64,000 nt of DNA, from the IMG/VR virus record IMGVR_UViG_3300042291_001013. One strand, 5' to 3'. The notes below the pieces were generated by a model. That model made no database searches. It saw nothing but the letters and a program-made list of their open reading frames with translations, and had not been told where the DNA came from. The translations under genes and the position numbers were made by a program. Positions 28,227 to 37,256 of the stretch are shown piece by piece. This stretch comes from a virus (lineage: Duplodnaviria > Caudoviricetes). Position 1 is the first letter of the stretch. Every line of letters starts with the position of its first letter.

Positions 28227-28720
28227 GACTTGTTGTAATCTACAATTTCGCAGTTGCGACTGATGTCCTTGACAAAGTACACACAGTCGGGTTCAGCGTC
28301 GTCGTTTAAGGGCACGGCCAGCATCTGCCCATTCTTGAGTTTGGGTGCATACCATGATACTTCATGATACACATCTAGTATTTCAATGTCAGGAAAGCTG
28401 GGTCTGTAACTGCTGAGTGGGTTGAATTGAAATACTTTAAACCCACGATCATTAATTGATGTCAAGGGCAACACTTCTAGGTCACCAATGTCAGGCTCAC
28501 CTATTAGAATTTGCCAGTCCATGGGCATTTTAATTGTAGCAGATCCAATGCGTAATACCAGTGCAGGTGCATTAAAACTTTCTAGAAAAATCAGTGGTAT
28601 AAAGTGATAGTCAGGGTCTGCTGGATTCGAGTTATCAAGTATAGCAAAGCGCATGTCATCAACTTCTTCGGGAAGATGATCTAGGTCGTAGTAGCTGTTA
28701 TCAAGTGTTAATATTCTCAT
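28220..28720 (-). CDS. Hypothetical protein, possible degenerate Hint-like fold
   Basis: Start set at 28720, 6 nt after a TATACT box. Confidence 0.65.
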   Translation of the reverse strand: MRILTLDNSYYDLDHLPEEVDDMRFAILDNSNPADPDYHFIPLIFLESFNAPALVLRIGSATIKMPMDWQILIGEPDIGDLEVLPLTSINDRGFKVFQFNPLSSYRPSFPDIEILDVYHEVSWYAPKLKNGQMLAVPLNDDAEPDCVYFVKDISRNCEIVDYNKSW

Positions 28721-28726
28721 GTTGTT

Positions 28727-28755
28727 AGTATACATTATTTTTCGGGGCGTGTCAA
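28727..28755 (-). promoter_or_regulatory. Sigma70 promoter TTGACA-17-TATACT
   Basis: -35 at 28750-28755 inside the last codons of the upstream methyltransferase; -10 at 28727-28732. Confidence 0.8.
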
Positions 28756-29319
28756 GATGACACCATTGTCTATGGTTTGATAAACTATTTGCCAGCCCCG
28801 GGCTAACAAATAAACCACTACTGGTCCAGACTTACCAATCCAACAGTCGTTGTAACAATAGGTATCATCTAGCGCCACCACTGCTCTGGGAGCCAACACA
28901 TTGTACAAGGCCAACAACTGACTCATGTGTGCAATTTGACAGGCCTGATTGGTCATTGGCGTGCCATTGGAAGCATACTGCCGCATTTGAACTTCAATTG
29001 CTGGCGACGTATTGTTGATATCCCAGATGTAATCAAAGTTGTCTAGGTACAAAACAGCAACATCAGTGTAGCTGGTTGCAAATTCACGGGCCCAGGCAGC
29101 TCCGTCAGCCACAACAAATTGGGTATTGGTACAAGTTGATTCTAGCCAACTTTTGGCCTTGCTTAGTATGTCTACTGTGATGAGTTTGGTGTTGTGTGTG
29201 CTGGCCAAACGGTCTAGATACTGGCTAGATCCTTCGCCTCGGTCTGATCCTATTTCCACAAACACACCATGCACAGTATCAGGCAAGTGTTTGCCAATGT
29301 GTTGATATACCGTTCCCAT
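28735..29319 (-). CDS. Class I SAM-dependent methyltransferase-like protein
   Basis: VEIGSDRGEGS, LYLDNFD and VALDDT motifs. Confidence 0.75.
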   Translation of the reverse strand: MGTVYQHIGKHLPDTVHGVFVEIGSDRGEGSSQYLDRLASTHNTKLITVDILSKAKSWLESTCTNTQFVVADGAAWAREFATSYTDVAVLYLDNFDYIWDINNTSPAIEVQMRQYASNGTPMTNQACQIAHMSQLLALYNVLAPRAVVALDDTYCYNDCWIGKSGPVVVYLLARGWQIVYQTIDNGVILTRPEK

Positions 29320-30044
29320 TATCGCCAGCCCATGGTCATTGATTTTAGTATTTCAAGAAAGTTGTCATGGCATTCTTGATCGTTGTGCGTAACTGACTTT
29401 TCATAATCATACGGGCCCTTGGGCATCAAGCAAGGCAGTTGATCTTTGGGCCACACACAGTCTACCCAACTCCAGTCCATGTAGGCCATACCATGTGGAA
29501 TGTACACAAAGGGAATACGAGCTTGTTGTAGTTTGCGCAACCCGTCACTGAGTACATAGAAATTTTCTTGGCGCTTGAGTCCTGAATTGTGCAAGTCAGC
29601 AACGTAATTTTTGATTGCTGTTTTTTGTTCGTCAGTGACCATGCGTTCGTGATTGCTGTGCAACAAATTCACAATGGTATCACTGATTACCATGGTCCTG
29701 TGCTGACGTACTGTGGCTTCAACTTGACTTTTGTATCCTTTGAGCAAGATGTTTTCCATGGTCAAGTAATTGATAATATCACCGTCTTGGCGCACAGGAA
29801 TGTCCATTCGATCACTGCTGGTGCAACCCACTATCACATAGTCTGCTCCGTTGGCAATGGCATAATCAATTTGCAAACGTATTAGAAATATAGTTGCGCC
29901 TGCACGACCAAGACTGACGTGATCAAAGCCTTTATACTCAGCAAACATCTGCAAAAAACTAGTGACTTCTTTTTGCGGATGGTCCAAGGTCATGTAACTG
30001 TCGCCGCAAGTGAACAATCGCTTTTTCATTTGATTTTCATCCAC
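29319..30044 (-). CDS. SGNH-like protein (5 of 6)
   Basis: TCGDSYM, GRAGAT and VTHND motifs. Confidence 0.65.
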   Translation of the reverse strand: MDENQMKKRLFTCGDSYMTLDHPQKEVTSFLQMFAEYKGFDHVSLGRAGATIFLIRLQIDYAIANGADYVIVGCTSSDRMDIPVRQDGDIINYLTMENILLKGYKSQVEATVRQHRTMVISDTIVNLLHSNHERMVTDEQKTAIKNYVADLHNSGLKRQENFYVLSDGLRKLQQARIPFVYIPHGMAYMDWSWVDCVWPKDQLPCLMPKGPYDYEKSVTHNDQECHDNFLEILKSMTMGWR

Positions 30045-31495
30045 TCTAGTTTCTCTGCAGAGAAAGGATAGTTGGCTTCTCGATAGAACTGTTTGCGCTT
30101 GGTCAAGTGGCGCTTGGCAAACTTGCAGGTTGAGGTGATGTCCCAGATTTGAACATGATCTTTGTCTTCTGCTTTTCTTATGCCGCGTCCAATGCTTTGG
30201 ATAACGCGGACAAAACTTTTCCCGGGTTCCACAAGAACCAAATTAAAAATCCTAGGGATATTAATGCCCACAGCGGCAACACCATAGGTAGCCACAATAA
30301 TCTTATCAGTGCTGTCTGCAACTTCATCATATTCATCTTGTCTATCTTTTGCTTTGGTTGCACCCGAAACAAACACAGCACGATCTCCCAGTCGAGATAC
30401 CAGTTGGCGGCCGCATTCAGTGCGATCTACCAACACTAGAGTGTTGCCTGTTTCGTTTACGTGTCGTATGAGTTCTGCCATGGCATCTAGTCTGCCCGAC
30501 TCTTCCAACAAATATTTAAGCTCACTTTGATAGTTGGAGTACTCCACATGATCCTGTAACTGCACAATGTTCACATGACACTGTGCCAACACACCTTGTT
30601 GTTGTAGCTCGTTAGCAGTTAATTTGCCAATTACAGGTCCCAGGCTCACCAACAAGGATTGGCTTTCAAACTTTTCCTTGGGTATAGTTCCAGTCAATCC
30701 CCAGCGAATTGGCACTCTAGCCATTACGCCAGTAAGCAGGGTCTTGAGTGCATCAGCTTTGGCCATGTGTACTTCATCCACCATTACACATACCACATCC
30801 TCAATAAAGTCTTGTATGGTCACATTGCCTACACCTGCTTTGGTATTCTTTAGTAATACGTTCAGGCTCTGCCAGGTACAGATAGTGTGCTTGTGACCAT
30901 GTTCTTTTCTGTCACCAAAATAAACGCCCACATCTAGTCCCACATTGCGATAGTCTTTTTCTGTTTGTGTCACAAGACTTTTGTTGGGCACAATCACAAT
31001 ACTTCGTCCATGTGGCTCCACTGCCGCACTTAGAGTAGCTGTCATAATTGTTTTGCCTGCGCCTGTGGCCACTTCTTGTATGCATTGTGGGTTGGTCAAA
31101 AAGTTGTTCACAATCTCCACTTGGTAGTCACGCAACAGGATAGGCTTACCTTCTGCAGGATGTCCTTTGGGCCAGGTTTTGTGTGCAAACGTTTGTTCTG
31201 TAACTTGATCAAACTCAAATGTAGTTGAGTAGTCGCGCTGATCATCTAGTTCAATGTCCCAGTTGTACTTTTCTAATAAGGGCAAGATCTCGGGCAGTAG
31301 ATTGGTATATGTTGATCCGCCTAGTTGGAAGTAACTGACTTTGCCGTCCCAGCGTCCTAATCTCACTGCTGGCAAGTATCTGGCGTAGGGAACGTCATAC
31401 TTGAATGCTGTGACCAGGCGCTTGCGCATGTCAAGGTCCAGACCTTCTATTTTGATGTTTACTTCATCACGTATAACGATTGTGGCTTGTTTCAT
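30026..31495 (-). CDS. uvsW: UvsW-like SF2 helicase
   Basis: ATGAGKT, VDEVH, GLTGT and QSIGRGIR motifs; start set at 31495. Confidence 0.93.
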   Translation of the reverse strand: MKQATIVIRDEVNIKIEGLDLDMRKRLVTAFKYDVPYARYLPAVRLGRWDGKVSYFQLGGSTYTNLLPEILPLLEKYNWDIELDDQRDYSTTFEFDQVTEQTFAHKTWPKGHPAEGKPILLRDYQVEIVNNFLTNPQCIQEVATGAGKTIMTATLSAAVEPHGRSIVIVPNKSLVTQTEKDYRNVGLDVGVYFGDRKEHGHKHTICTWQSLNVLLKNTKAGVGNVTIQDFIEDVVCVMVDEVHMAKADALKTLLTGVMARVPIRWGLTGTIPKEKFESQSLLVSLGPVIGKLTANELQQQGVLAQCHVNIVQLQDHVEYSNYQSELKYLLEESGRLDAMAELIRHVNETGNTLVLVDRTECGRQLVSRLGDRAVFVSGATKAKDRQDEYDEVADSTDKIIVATYGVAAVGINIPRIFNLVLVEPGKSFVRVIQSIGRGIRKAEDKDHVQIWDITSTCKFAKRHLTKRKQFYREANYPFSAEKLEWMKIK

Positions 31496-32346
31496 TCTAA
31501 GGTTACTTGCTGTACCCATTGACGTCGGGCAATTTGAAATAGTAATTCTTCTCGACTGCCTGTGTACTCTAAATCTGCAACAGGAAATCGCAAGGGTTGT
31601 GCTTTTATATTATACACACTTGTGATGTTTTGTGCAACAAAAAAGTCTTGATGTTGGTCAATGTAGTGTTGTACTGACCCATATATTTTGCTCAGATTTC
31701 TATCATGAAACTGCACGTTGAAGTCTGCACTGTAGTGACTGAACGGGCAAAATGCATCATCAGCAATGTACTTATCGTTGTCATGAGCAAGGTCTTCTAC
31801 AGTTTTGCCAATTTCACAGTAATTTAGATACACGGTGCCAAACTTTATGTTCCAGTCGCCGTATGCACTTTGTAATTCAGGTGCAAGTTGATGTATCTTG
31901 GGCATGCCAAACCAAGTGCAAACAAATCTTGGTTGAGTACCTGCGGCAACACTTTCACATCTATGTACTGCCAAGTTTAATTCAGCCAAGGCTTGACGAA
32001 CTGACTCGGGCGCACGAAGCCAGTAGTCTGAATCTTGCTGATCCAGTAGCCCGTGGTAGCGTTCAAAGATGTTGTGCAAGTAATTGAGACAATCCTGTGT
32101 GTACTCAAATGGCCTGTGTATGATTGGATCCCAAAGATTGATTGTGGCAATGCAACGTTGAATGTCGGCCACAGCACGTTCACGCTCTTGTAGTGGAGTG
32201 CCAAATCCGTAAAATCTATTGGGATGGTCCAAGGGCCAAGCCTGACGCTCGTGCATACGTTGAGCCCACAAGTCTGCCACAGGTGTTTTACGAACACGAA
32301 AATTCAATGTCAGTGGGTCTTGTTGGCCTAGAGTAATCAAAAGCAT
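31492..32346 (-). CDS. Hypothetical protein
   Basis: 284 aa; its own TTGACT-17-TATACT promoter (32353-32381) lies 6 nt before the ATG. Confidence 0.75.
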   Translation of the reverse strand: MLLITLGQQDPLTLNFRVRKTPVADLWAQRMHERQAWPLDHPNRFYGFGTPLQERERAVADIQRCIATINLWDPIIHRPFEYTQDCLNYLHNIFERYHGLLDQQDSDYWLRAPESVRQALAELNLAVHRCESVAAGTQPRFVCTWFGMPKIHQLAPELQSAYGDWNIKFGTVYLNYCEIGKTVEDLAHDNDKYIADDAFCPFSHYSADFNVQFHDRNLSKIYGSVQHYIDQHQDFFVAQNITSVYNIKAQPLRFPVADLEYTGSREELLFQIARRQWVQQVTLE

Positions 32347-32384
32347 TGTAACAGTATATACTCACTGTAAACAAAAGTCAAAAA

Positions 32385-32413
32385 AACAGGTACCTTTTTT
32401 AAGGGTACCTGTT
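32385..32413 (-). terminator. Rho-independent terminator of the early AAA operon
   Basis: AACAGGTACC/GGTACCTGTT stem followed by a T run on the minus strand. Confidence 0.85.
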
Positions 32414-32419
32414 ATAAAA

Positions 32420-32452
32420 CCTGGGCCGGAGCCAACCGTTTGTATGCCCAGG
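32420..32452 (-). other. 3'-UTR hairpin with an anti-Shine-Dalgarno loop
   Basis: CCTGGGC/GCCCAGG stem; the loop contains GTTGGCTCC, the exact complement of the RBS at 33882-33890. Confidence 0.6.
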
Positions 32453-32466
32453 GAAACTTTTAAAAG

Positions 32467-32583
32467 TCAAGCGCCATAATATTCCAAACTCTTTACAGTA
32501 AAGCCTGCTTCTTGTTGCTCATCTGCTTCGTATTTTGTTTCTACAGAATACAAGTACAAATCACCATCCCAAATTTCAAACAT
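32467..32583 (-). CDS. 38-aa acidic micro-protein
   Basis: Manual translation MFEIWDGDLYLYSVETKYEADEQQEAGFTVKSLEYYGA*; TAATG-coupled, AAGGA upstream. Confidence 0.7.
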   Translation of the reverse strand: MFEIWDGDLYLYSVETKYEADEQQEAGFTVKSLEYYGA

Positions 32584-32756
32584 TAATAAGTTTCCTTTAC
32601 ATAGTTGTATTGATCCGCAGGCCATTGTGTTTTAAACTCTTCTGATTTGACATACTCATTGTATGCTTTGGCATCAAAAAACATTTTGCGGAACACTGAC
32701 GTAAACTGGCCCTTGAGAGTTACCGTTAGGTAAATGGATTTTGCTTTTCCTGCCAT
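32583..32756 (-). CDS. 57-aa hypothetical early protein
   Basis: GGAGA SD before MAGKAK. Confidence 0.7.
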   Translation of the reverse strand: MAGKAKSIYLTVTLKGQFTSVFRKMFFDAKAYNEYVKSEEFKTQWPADQYNYVKETY

Positions 32757-32757
32757 A

Positions 32758-32850
32758 TCAATCTCCAAATATTAAAATTATAAAAGCATAAAGTAGTGCC
32801 CAGATTGGGTGTCCTAACATTACCAACATTAGAACACCTATCCAGGGCAT
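32758..32850 (-). CDS. 30-aa hydrophobic membrane micro-peptide
   Basis: Manual translation MPWIGVLMLVMLGHPIWALLYAFIILIFGD*; fills the gap between the AAA stop and the next RBS exactly. Confidence 0.6.
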   Translation of the reverse strand: MPWIGVLMLVMLGHPIWALLYAFIILIFGD

Positions 32851-32851
32851 G

Positions 32852-33880
32852 TTAGGCTACCTTCATGCAAGTAGTTTCAGCCAGACGCTTCCAGTTCAAT
32901 ACTGACAGCTTGCGCAAGTCTGCAATCTTCAGCGCCATACGCAAGGATACCTCACGCAAACGATTCTTGTTGTCGTCCATAAACGTAATGATGTCGTCTT
33001 GAACAGCTTCTTCAAAGTCGTAGTCTGCAAACAGCACACCGTCTTTGGCAATCTGTTTGATACGCAACAATTTGTCACGCATGGTGTCCAAGGTCAAGTC
33101 CAAGTAGTGGCACCGGCTTTGCAGTGCGTCCAAGTGATCCCGCAATTTTTGCGACTTCATCTTGTCAAACTTAAGGTTGGTAATAAAAATTACACTACCT
33201 TTGAACTCAAAACGGTCTGGGATGCCTTCACGGCGCAGAGCACTAGACTCTGACAACCAGGAGATAACACGTTTTTTGCCGGAGTCCAGGGCACCCTTGA
33301 GCAAGTTAAGAGCAACGTCATCCAGCAGGATTGAGTCACAGTCGTCAAACACAATTACACAATTTGAGTCAGAATACTTGTAGAGTGTTTGGTACAGGCC
33401 AATCGGGGTAGCACTACCTTTAACAACCTCGGCACGTAGTCGCTTGCCGGCCAGCTTGTCAAACAAACAAGCCTTATCAATTTCTGTCTCAACGCCGTAG
33501 CTCTTGCCCACGCCTGGGGGGCCGCTCACAATCATAGCACGGATGTCACCGGTTACAGTGGCCTTTGTCATCTCATGCAGAATGTCAAAACGCTCACGGA
33601 TACGATCCATGGCCTGTTCGTCACTTTCAACAACCGAAACTGTCTTTTCAAAATGTACAGTATTATCTTGCACAGGGTCTACTCCATTAACATATTCAAG
33701 ATCACGTATGCCGTCAACACGGATACGCACGACATCAAACTCAGGGCCAAAATAGCCATCTGATTGTACAGTAACAAAGCCGCCTTTGCTACCAGTTTGG
33801 AAACCCTTAACTAGATTAAAGGTAACATTGTTCACGGGCTTGTTGCGATAAACACCGTTAATAACTCGAATTGCACTCAT
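32852..33880 (-). CDS. AAA-family ATPase (early gene)
   Basis: GPPGVGKS Walker A, VFDDCD Walker B, FITN and ALQSRC motifs; AAGGAG SD. Confidence 0.88.
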   Translation of the reverse strand: MSAIRVINGVYRNKPVNNVTFNLVKGFQTGSKGGFVTVQSDGYFGPEFDVVRIRVDGIRDLEYVNGVDPVQDNTVHFEKTVSVVESDEQAMDRIRERFDILHEMTKATVTGDIRAMIVSGPPGVGKSYGVETEIDKACLFDKLAGKRLRAEVVKGSATPIGLYQTLYKYSDSNCVIVFDDCDSILLDDVALNLLKGALDSGKKRVISWLSESSALRREGIPDRFEFKGSVIFITNLKFDKMKSQKLRDHLDALQSRCHYLDLTLDTMRDKLLRIKQIAKDGVLFADYDFEEAVQDDIITFMDDNKNRLREVSLRMALKIADLRKLSVLNWKRLAETTCMKVA

Positions 33881-33910
33881 AGTTGGCTCCTTTTTGTGCG
33901 TTAAAATTGT

Positions 33911-33939
33911 ATTATAGCTGGAATTGATTTATTGGTCAA
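33911..33939 (-). promoter_or_regulatory. Early promoter cassette 1, TTGACC-17-TATAAT
   Basis: -35 at 33934-33939, -10 at 33911-33916. Confidence 0.88.
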
Positions 33940-33943
33940 CCGC

Positions 33944-34120
33944 TTAGGCTGGGGCAAACAACTTGCCCATCTCGTTAAAAACTACACGGCTTGCACGACG
34001 CTGAATGTACGTCAATTCATCTTCGTCGCTGTTCATCTGCATTAGAGTTTCCAGCAGTCCGGGCAAGCGCCAGTCTTTTTGGTATTGCTGGACCACTTGC
34101 ATTGCTTGTTCAAAGTTCAT
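33944..34120 (-). CDS. 58-aa early protein
   Basis: AAGGAGCC SD before MNFEQAM; the track's upstream extension runs through the promoter. Confidence 0.75.
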   Translation of the reverse strand: MNFEQAMQVVQQYQKDWRLPGLLETLMQMNSDEDELTYIQRRASRVVFNEMGKLFAPA

Positions 34121-34150
34121 TTTTGGCTCCTTGTTACTTACTATGCCACT

Positions 34151-34210
34151 ATTATAGCAAATTGGGAATATTTGGTCAACCAAAGAGTAGTACTAAAAAG
34201 TATTACTTTT
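34151..34210 (-). promoter_or_regulatory. Early promoter cassette 2 with upstream stem-loop
   Basis: -10 at 34151-34156, -35 at 34174-34179; imperfect AGTAATACT-TTTT-AGTACTACT hairpin at 34186-34207. Confidence 0.88.
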
Positions 34211-34412
34211 TGAGAATTTCGTAGAAATGTGAGTTGATTGTGTCCATTTCTTCGCGGGAAACGTAGAAATCTGTGGTGGGATCGTAGTAGGCACCTTCTT
34301 TGTTGCAATAATACAACACTCTACCCGAGAAGTTGAACGGGCCTTCAAGCCCCGGGCGGGCACCGTATTTTTGACGCATGTGGTCTACAGTATCCAAAAC
34401 ACGATATCCCAT
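34203..34412 (-). CDS. 69-aa early protein
   Basis: GLEGPF..GRVLYY..EGAYYDP motif; AAGGAGCC SD. Confidence 0.8.
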   Translation of the reverse strand: MGYRVLDTVDHMRQKYGARPGLEGPFNFSGRVLYYCNKEGAYYDPTTDFYVSREEMDTINSHFYEILKK

Positions 34413-34438
34413 CTGGGCTCCTTGCTGTTTAAGCCACT

Positions 34439-34467
34439 ATTATAGCAAATTGGGATTTTTTGGTCAA
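34439..34467 (-). promoter_or_regulatory. Early promoter cassette 3
   Basis: TTGACC-17-TATAAT; a near-identical direct repeat of cassette 2. Confidence 0.88.
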
Positions 34468-35204
34468 CCACCCCAGATTGTGCGTAATTCTCCCGGGGGC
34501 AACTGATGTGGTTTGGGCTGGCCGTGGAACACTACCACAGCAGTGTTTCCGGCTATACGAGCGCCAGCGCCGGGCTGACGATGACTGCGGCGTTGGAAGT
34601 CGTATCCGCCATCCAATACTTGCCAGCGATAACTTTCAAACAACTGATCTTCAAACAGTCTGCGTTGATTGACATTTAGTACATGACCCAAGTAATCTTG
34701 ATCCCCGGGCCAACGTTTGACAACTTCGTCAATGTTGAGCTTGGCAAAGTCGTCCCAGATCCAACCAAATTTGTCTGTGTCCATGTACATCATGCTGGAA
34801 TTGATGTTGCTGATATTTTTGCGTTGCAAATATCTAAAGTCACGCAAGGCCCAAAAGTAGTCAGTGTGACACTGTGTTATCCAACCAAGGTCTCGTACAA
34901 CAACAACATCAAGATCAAGATACAGTAAAGGGCCATCAAAGTGCTCGCGATTAAACAACTGCATCTTGTACCACCAACTGCGTTTGGCGCCACCAATACC
35001 AGGCCATTCATCCAGGCAATGTTTGATCATGTATGGTGGCACACTGCGATGGTGTTCAGTGTAAACATGAAGACGTATACCTTGTGGTATGTTTTTGACC
35101 AACATGTTGTACAAACGTTCAACATAGAGCCACTCGTATCCTGTGCCGTGAATCACACAAGCACAGTCTACAATTTGGTCAGTACGTGGGAACGTTTTGC
35201 TCAT
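34464..35204 (-). CDS. GT-A glycosyltransferase (GT8-like)
   Basis: LYLDLDV DxD motif, NSSMM, PGDQD and VFHGQPKPH. Confidence 0.82.
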   Translation of the reverse strand: MSKTFPRTDQIVDCACVIHGTGYEWLYVERLYNMLVKNIPQGIRLHVYTEHHRSVPPYMIKHCLDEWPGIGGAKRSWWYKMQLFNREHFDGPLLYLDLDVVVVRDLGWITQCHTDYFWALRDFRYLQRKNISNINSSMMYMDTDKFGWIWDDFAKLNIDEVVKRWPGDQDYLGHVLNVNQRRLFEDQLFESYRWQVLDGGYDFQRRSHRQPGAGARIAGNTAVVVFHGQPKPHQLPPGELRTIWGG

Positions 35205-35983
35205 GACCAGTAAGGATACCGACGTAACACAGCATCAACCGGTGCAGGATACTGTGGATCAACTTGATTGGTAGCAGTTTTGTGATTGATTGCAGTGCCG
35301 TCAAGTCGTTTGAATGTTTCTAACATTTCGTCTGCATCTCGATGTTGTGTTTCAATGCAACTCCAAGCCTTGCTTTTGATAATGTCATCATTACCAATCC
35401 AGCCCCAGTGCCAGCCAGCAGTTTTGGGAAATTGCACACAGTGGCTACGGTCTTTTTTCTTTTGAGCATGTCCCACTCCACTCTGCAACCCCTTGTACAG
35501 TTTGCACGGATCTGCAAACATGTGTTTTTTGGCCACAGCATTTCCAGTCCACTTGCGATCTACTTGTTGATCCCAGCGATAGATATACATGTCCAAGGTG
35601 CAAGTCACGGGCTGGTTTGCAGTGTTGACCAGTTGCAATATTTCAGGCCACAGTTCAGGATTAATAATTTCATCCAAGTCACTGTGCATCACAATGTCTT
35701 CATCACTGCAATCTGCATAGCCTTCTAACAGTGCCGAACGCTGTCCGTTTTCAATGTCCCAGTTGGTCCAAGTTTCGGGTATATCAAGACGTACTACATG
35801 CAGTCGATCTCCCCAGTGGCTGTAGCGATCCATGTTGTCTGACAGATAGAATGGTTTGGGCCTGCCGCTCATGGTGCGGTTACCTTCACAAATGACCCAA
35901 CGGTCCACATAGTGTTTGGTAAGTTCCAAACGTATGTCTAGCATATCGAACTCGTTGTTGAAAAGTGTGGTGTCTACTATCAT
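35201..35983 (-). CDS. GT17-like (MGAT3-type) glycosyltransferase
   Basis: FNNEFDMLDIRL, VDRWVICEGNRT, ENGQR, SDLDEI and GWHW motifs. Confidence 0.8.
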   Translation of the reverse strand: MIVDTTLFNNEFDMLDIRLELTKHYVDRWVICEGNRTMSGRPKPFYLSDNMDRYSHWGDRLHVVRLDIPETWTNWDIENGQRSALLEGYADCSDEDIVMHSDLDEIINPELWPEILQLVNTANQPVTCTLDMYIYRWDQQVDRKWTGNAVAKKHMFADPCKLYKGLQSGVGHAQKKKDRSHCVQFPKTAGWHWGWIGNDDIIKSKAWSCIETQHRDADEMLETFKRLDGTAINHKTATNQVDPQYPAPVDAVLRRYPYWS

Positions 35984-35984
35984 G

Positions 35985-36617
35985 TTAAAATTTAAAAATT
36001 ATTTGGTAAGCGTCGTAAATTGGTTGCTTGCCTTGCTGTGCAAGATACTCAACAATGCGTCGACCTTTGCCTGTTCTACGATTGTCTTCTAAAAATCTAG
36101 CATTGTCATCTATGGTCACAATGGCTCCAGGTTTGATGTGTGGTTCAATAGCTTGAAATTCTTTCAAATGATGCTCGGCGCTGTCATGATCGTTTTTCCA
36201 TTTAACGTCCCAGCTGTCTAGATAAAACAAATCTACTTGACCAAGATCAGGTTGATGTGACAGCCAAGCCACGCTGTCACTGCAACTGGCGCGAAAACAA
36301 GGATTGGGCAACACTGACTGTGCAATGTTTACAGCCGCAGGATCAATGTCTACTGATCTTACTGTGCCGCTGTGGTGCTCCACAAACTCCACAAACAATT
36401 GGGCACTTTGCCCGTCTTTCCAATTGCCTGGATTACGCAGAGTACCAGTTTCCACAATATGATATTCAGTCTGCTGGAGACTCTCCAAGTAGGCAAATAT
36501 CAAGTTAAAGCCGTCTGCACGGCAATACAAGCCTTCATGTAGGCCGCGCTTGGCGCCACTGGTGTTTGAGTTCAAGCGATCAAAGTATTGCTCGCGATAA
36601 TGTTTAAGCCATGTCAT
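35985..36617 (-). CDS. Class I methyltransferase
   Basis: IVETGTLR, LFYLDSWD and VTIDDN motifs. Confidence 0.75.
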   Translation of the reverse strand: MTWLKHYREQYFDRLNSNTSGAKRGLHEGLYCRADGFNLIFAYLESLQQTEYHIVETGTLRNPGNWKDGQSAQLFVEFVEHHSGTVRSVDIDPAAVNIAQSVLPNPCFRASCSDSVAWLSHQPDLGQVDLFYLDSWDVKWKNDHDSAEHHLKEFQAIEPHIKPGAIVTIDDNARFLEDNRRTGKGRRIVEYLAQQGKQPIYDAYQIIFKF

Positions 36618-36633
36618 GAAGATATTTACGTTA

Positions 36634-37233
36634 CTAGATACTGCTGTCCTCAAAATCCGGTTTGTCTACCAGCCAGCATCTGCCAGCTCTGCGCACCTTG
36701 AGATTGAGATCTCCAAAAAAATCCCACACAGCTTGTTGCACTCCGGGATGGCCTTTGGTGTAGTCATCACCACCAAATTGACCGCCTGGGCGTATTTTGG
36801 GCCACCAAGCATGCAAGTCTCTTATCACACAATCATAGGTATGACCTGCATCCACATAACAGAAGTCCACATCACCTTCATCAAACCAGTCGGCTGCGTC
36901 CCAGCTTAGGCTTTTGATGGGTACAATAAGATCCAATACAGGTGCCACATTGCGTTCAAACACCTGTTCTAAGGTTTGAGATTTTATTATGTCTTGTTCA
37001 ACTAGTTCTATACCGCCATCCCAGGTGTCCACGCAGTAAAACTCACCAAACTTTTCTCTCTGCAACAATTCAACCACACAATAGGCTGTGCTTTTTCCAG
37101 TCCAAGCGCCCAGCTCAACCCAACGGCCTCCTGCTGGAAATGAGTCCAACACAATGTCTAACATCACTGTGTTTTTATGACTCATAAATCCTTCAACGTC
37201 TTGATAAAAGTGGTTCATTTTGTATTTACTCAT
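36634..37233 (-). CDS. Methyltransf_24-like methyltransferase
   Basis: VELGAWTGKS, YVDAGH and GGDDY motifs; the true start may be 37218. Confidence 0.85.
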   Translation of the reverse strand: MSKYKMNHFYQDVEGFMSHKNTVMLDIVLDSFPAGGRWVELGAWTGKSTAYCVVELLQREKFGEFYCVDTWDGGIELVEQDIIKSQTLEQVFERNVAPVLDLIVPIKSLSWDAADWFDEGDVDFCYVDAGHTYDCVIRDLHAWWPKIRPGGQFGGDDYTKGHPGVQQAVWDFFGDLNLKVRRAGRCWLVDKPDFEDSSI

Positions 37234-37251
37234 AATCTTAGCCTATAAATA
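37223..37251. promoter_or_regulatory. Back-to-back T4-like late promoters
   Basis: TAAATA on the minus strand (37223-37228) and TATAAATA on the plus strand (37244-37251). Confidence 0.7.
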
Positions 37252-37256
37252 TCTGC

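Noticed and set aside
31609-31637. TTGCAC-17-TATAAT inside the 284-aa gene as a separate regulatory novelty
   Set aside because: Plausibly just an internal uvsW promoter or a chance match; nothing else supports it.
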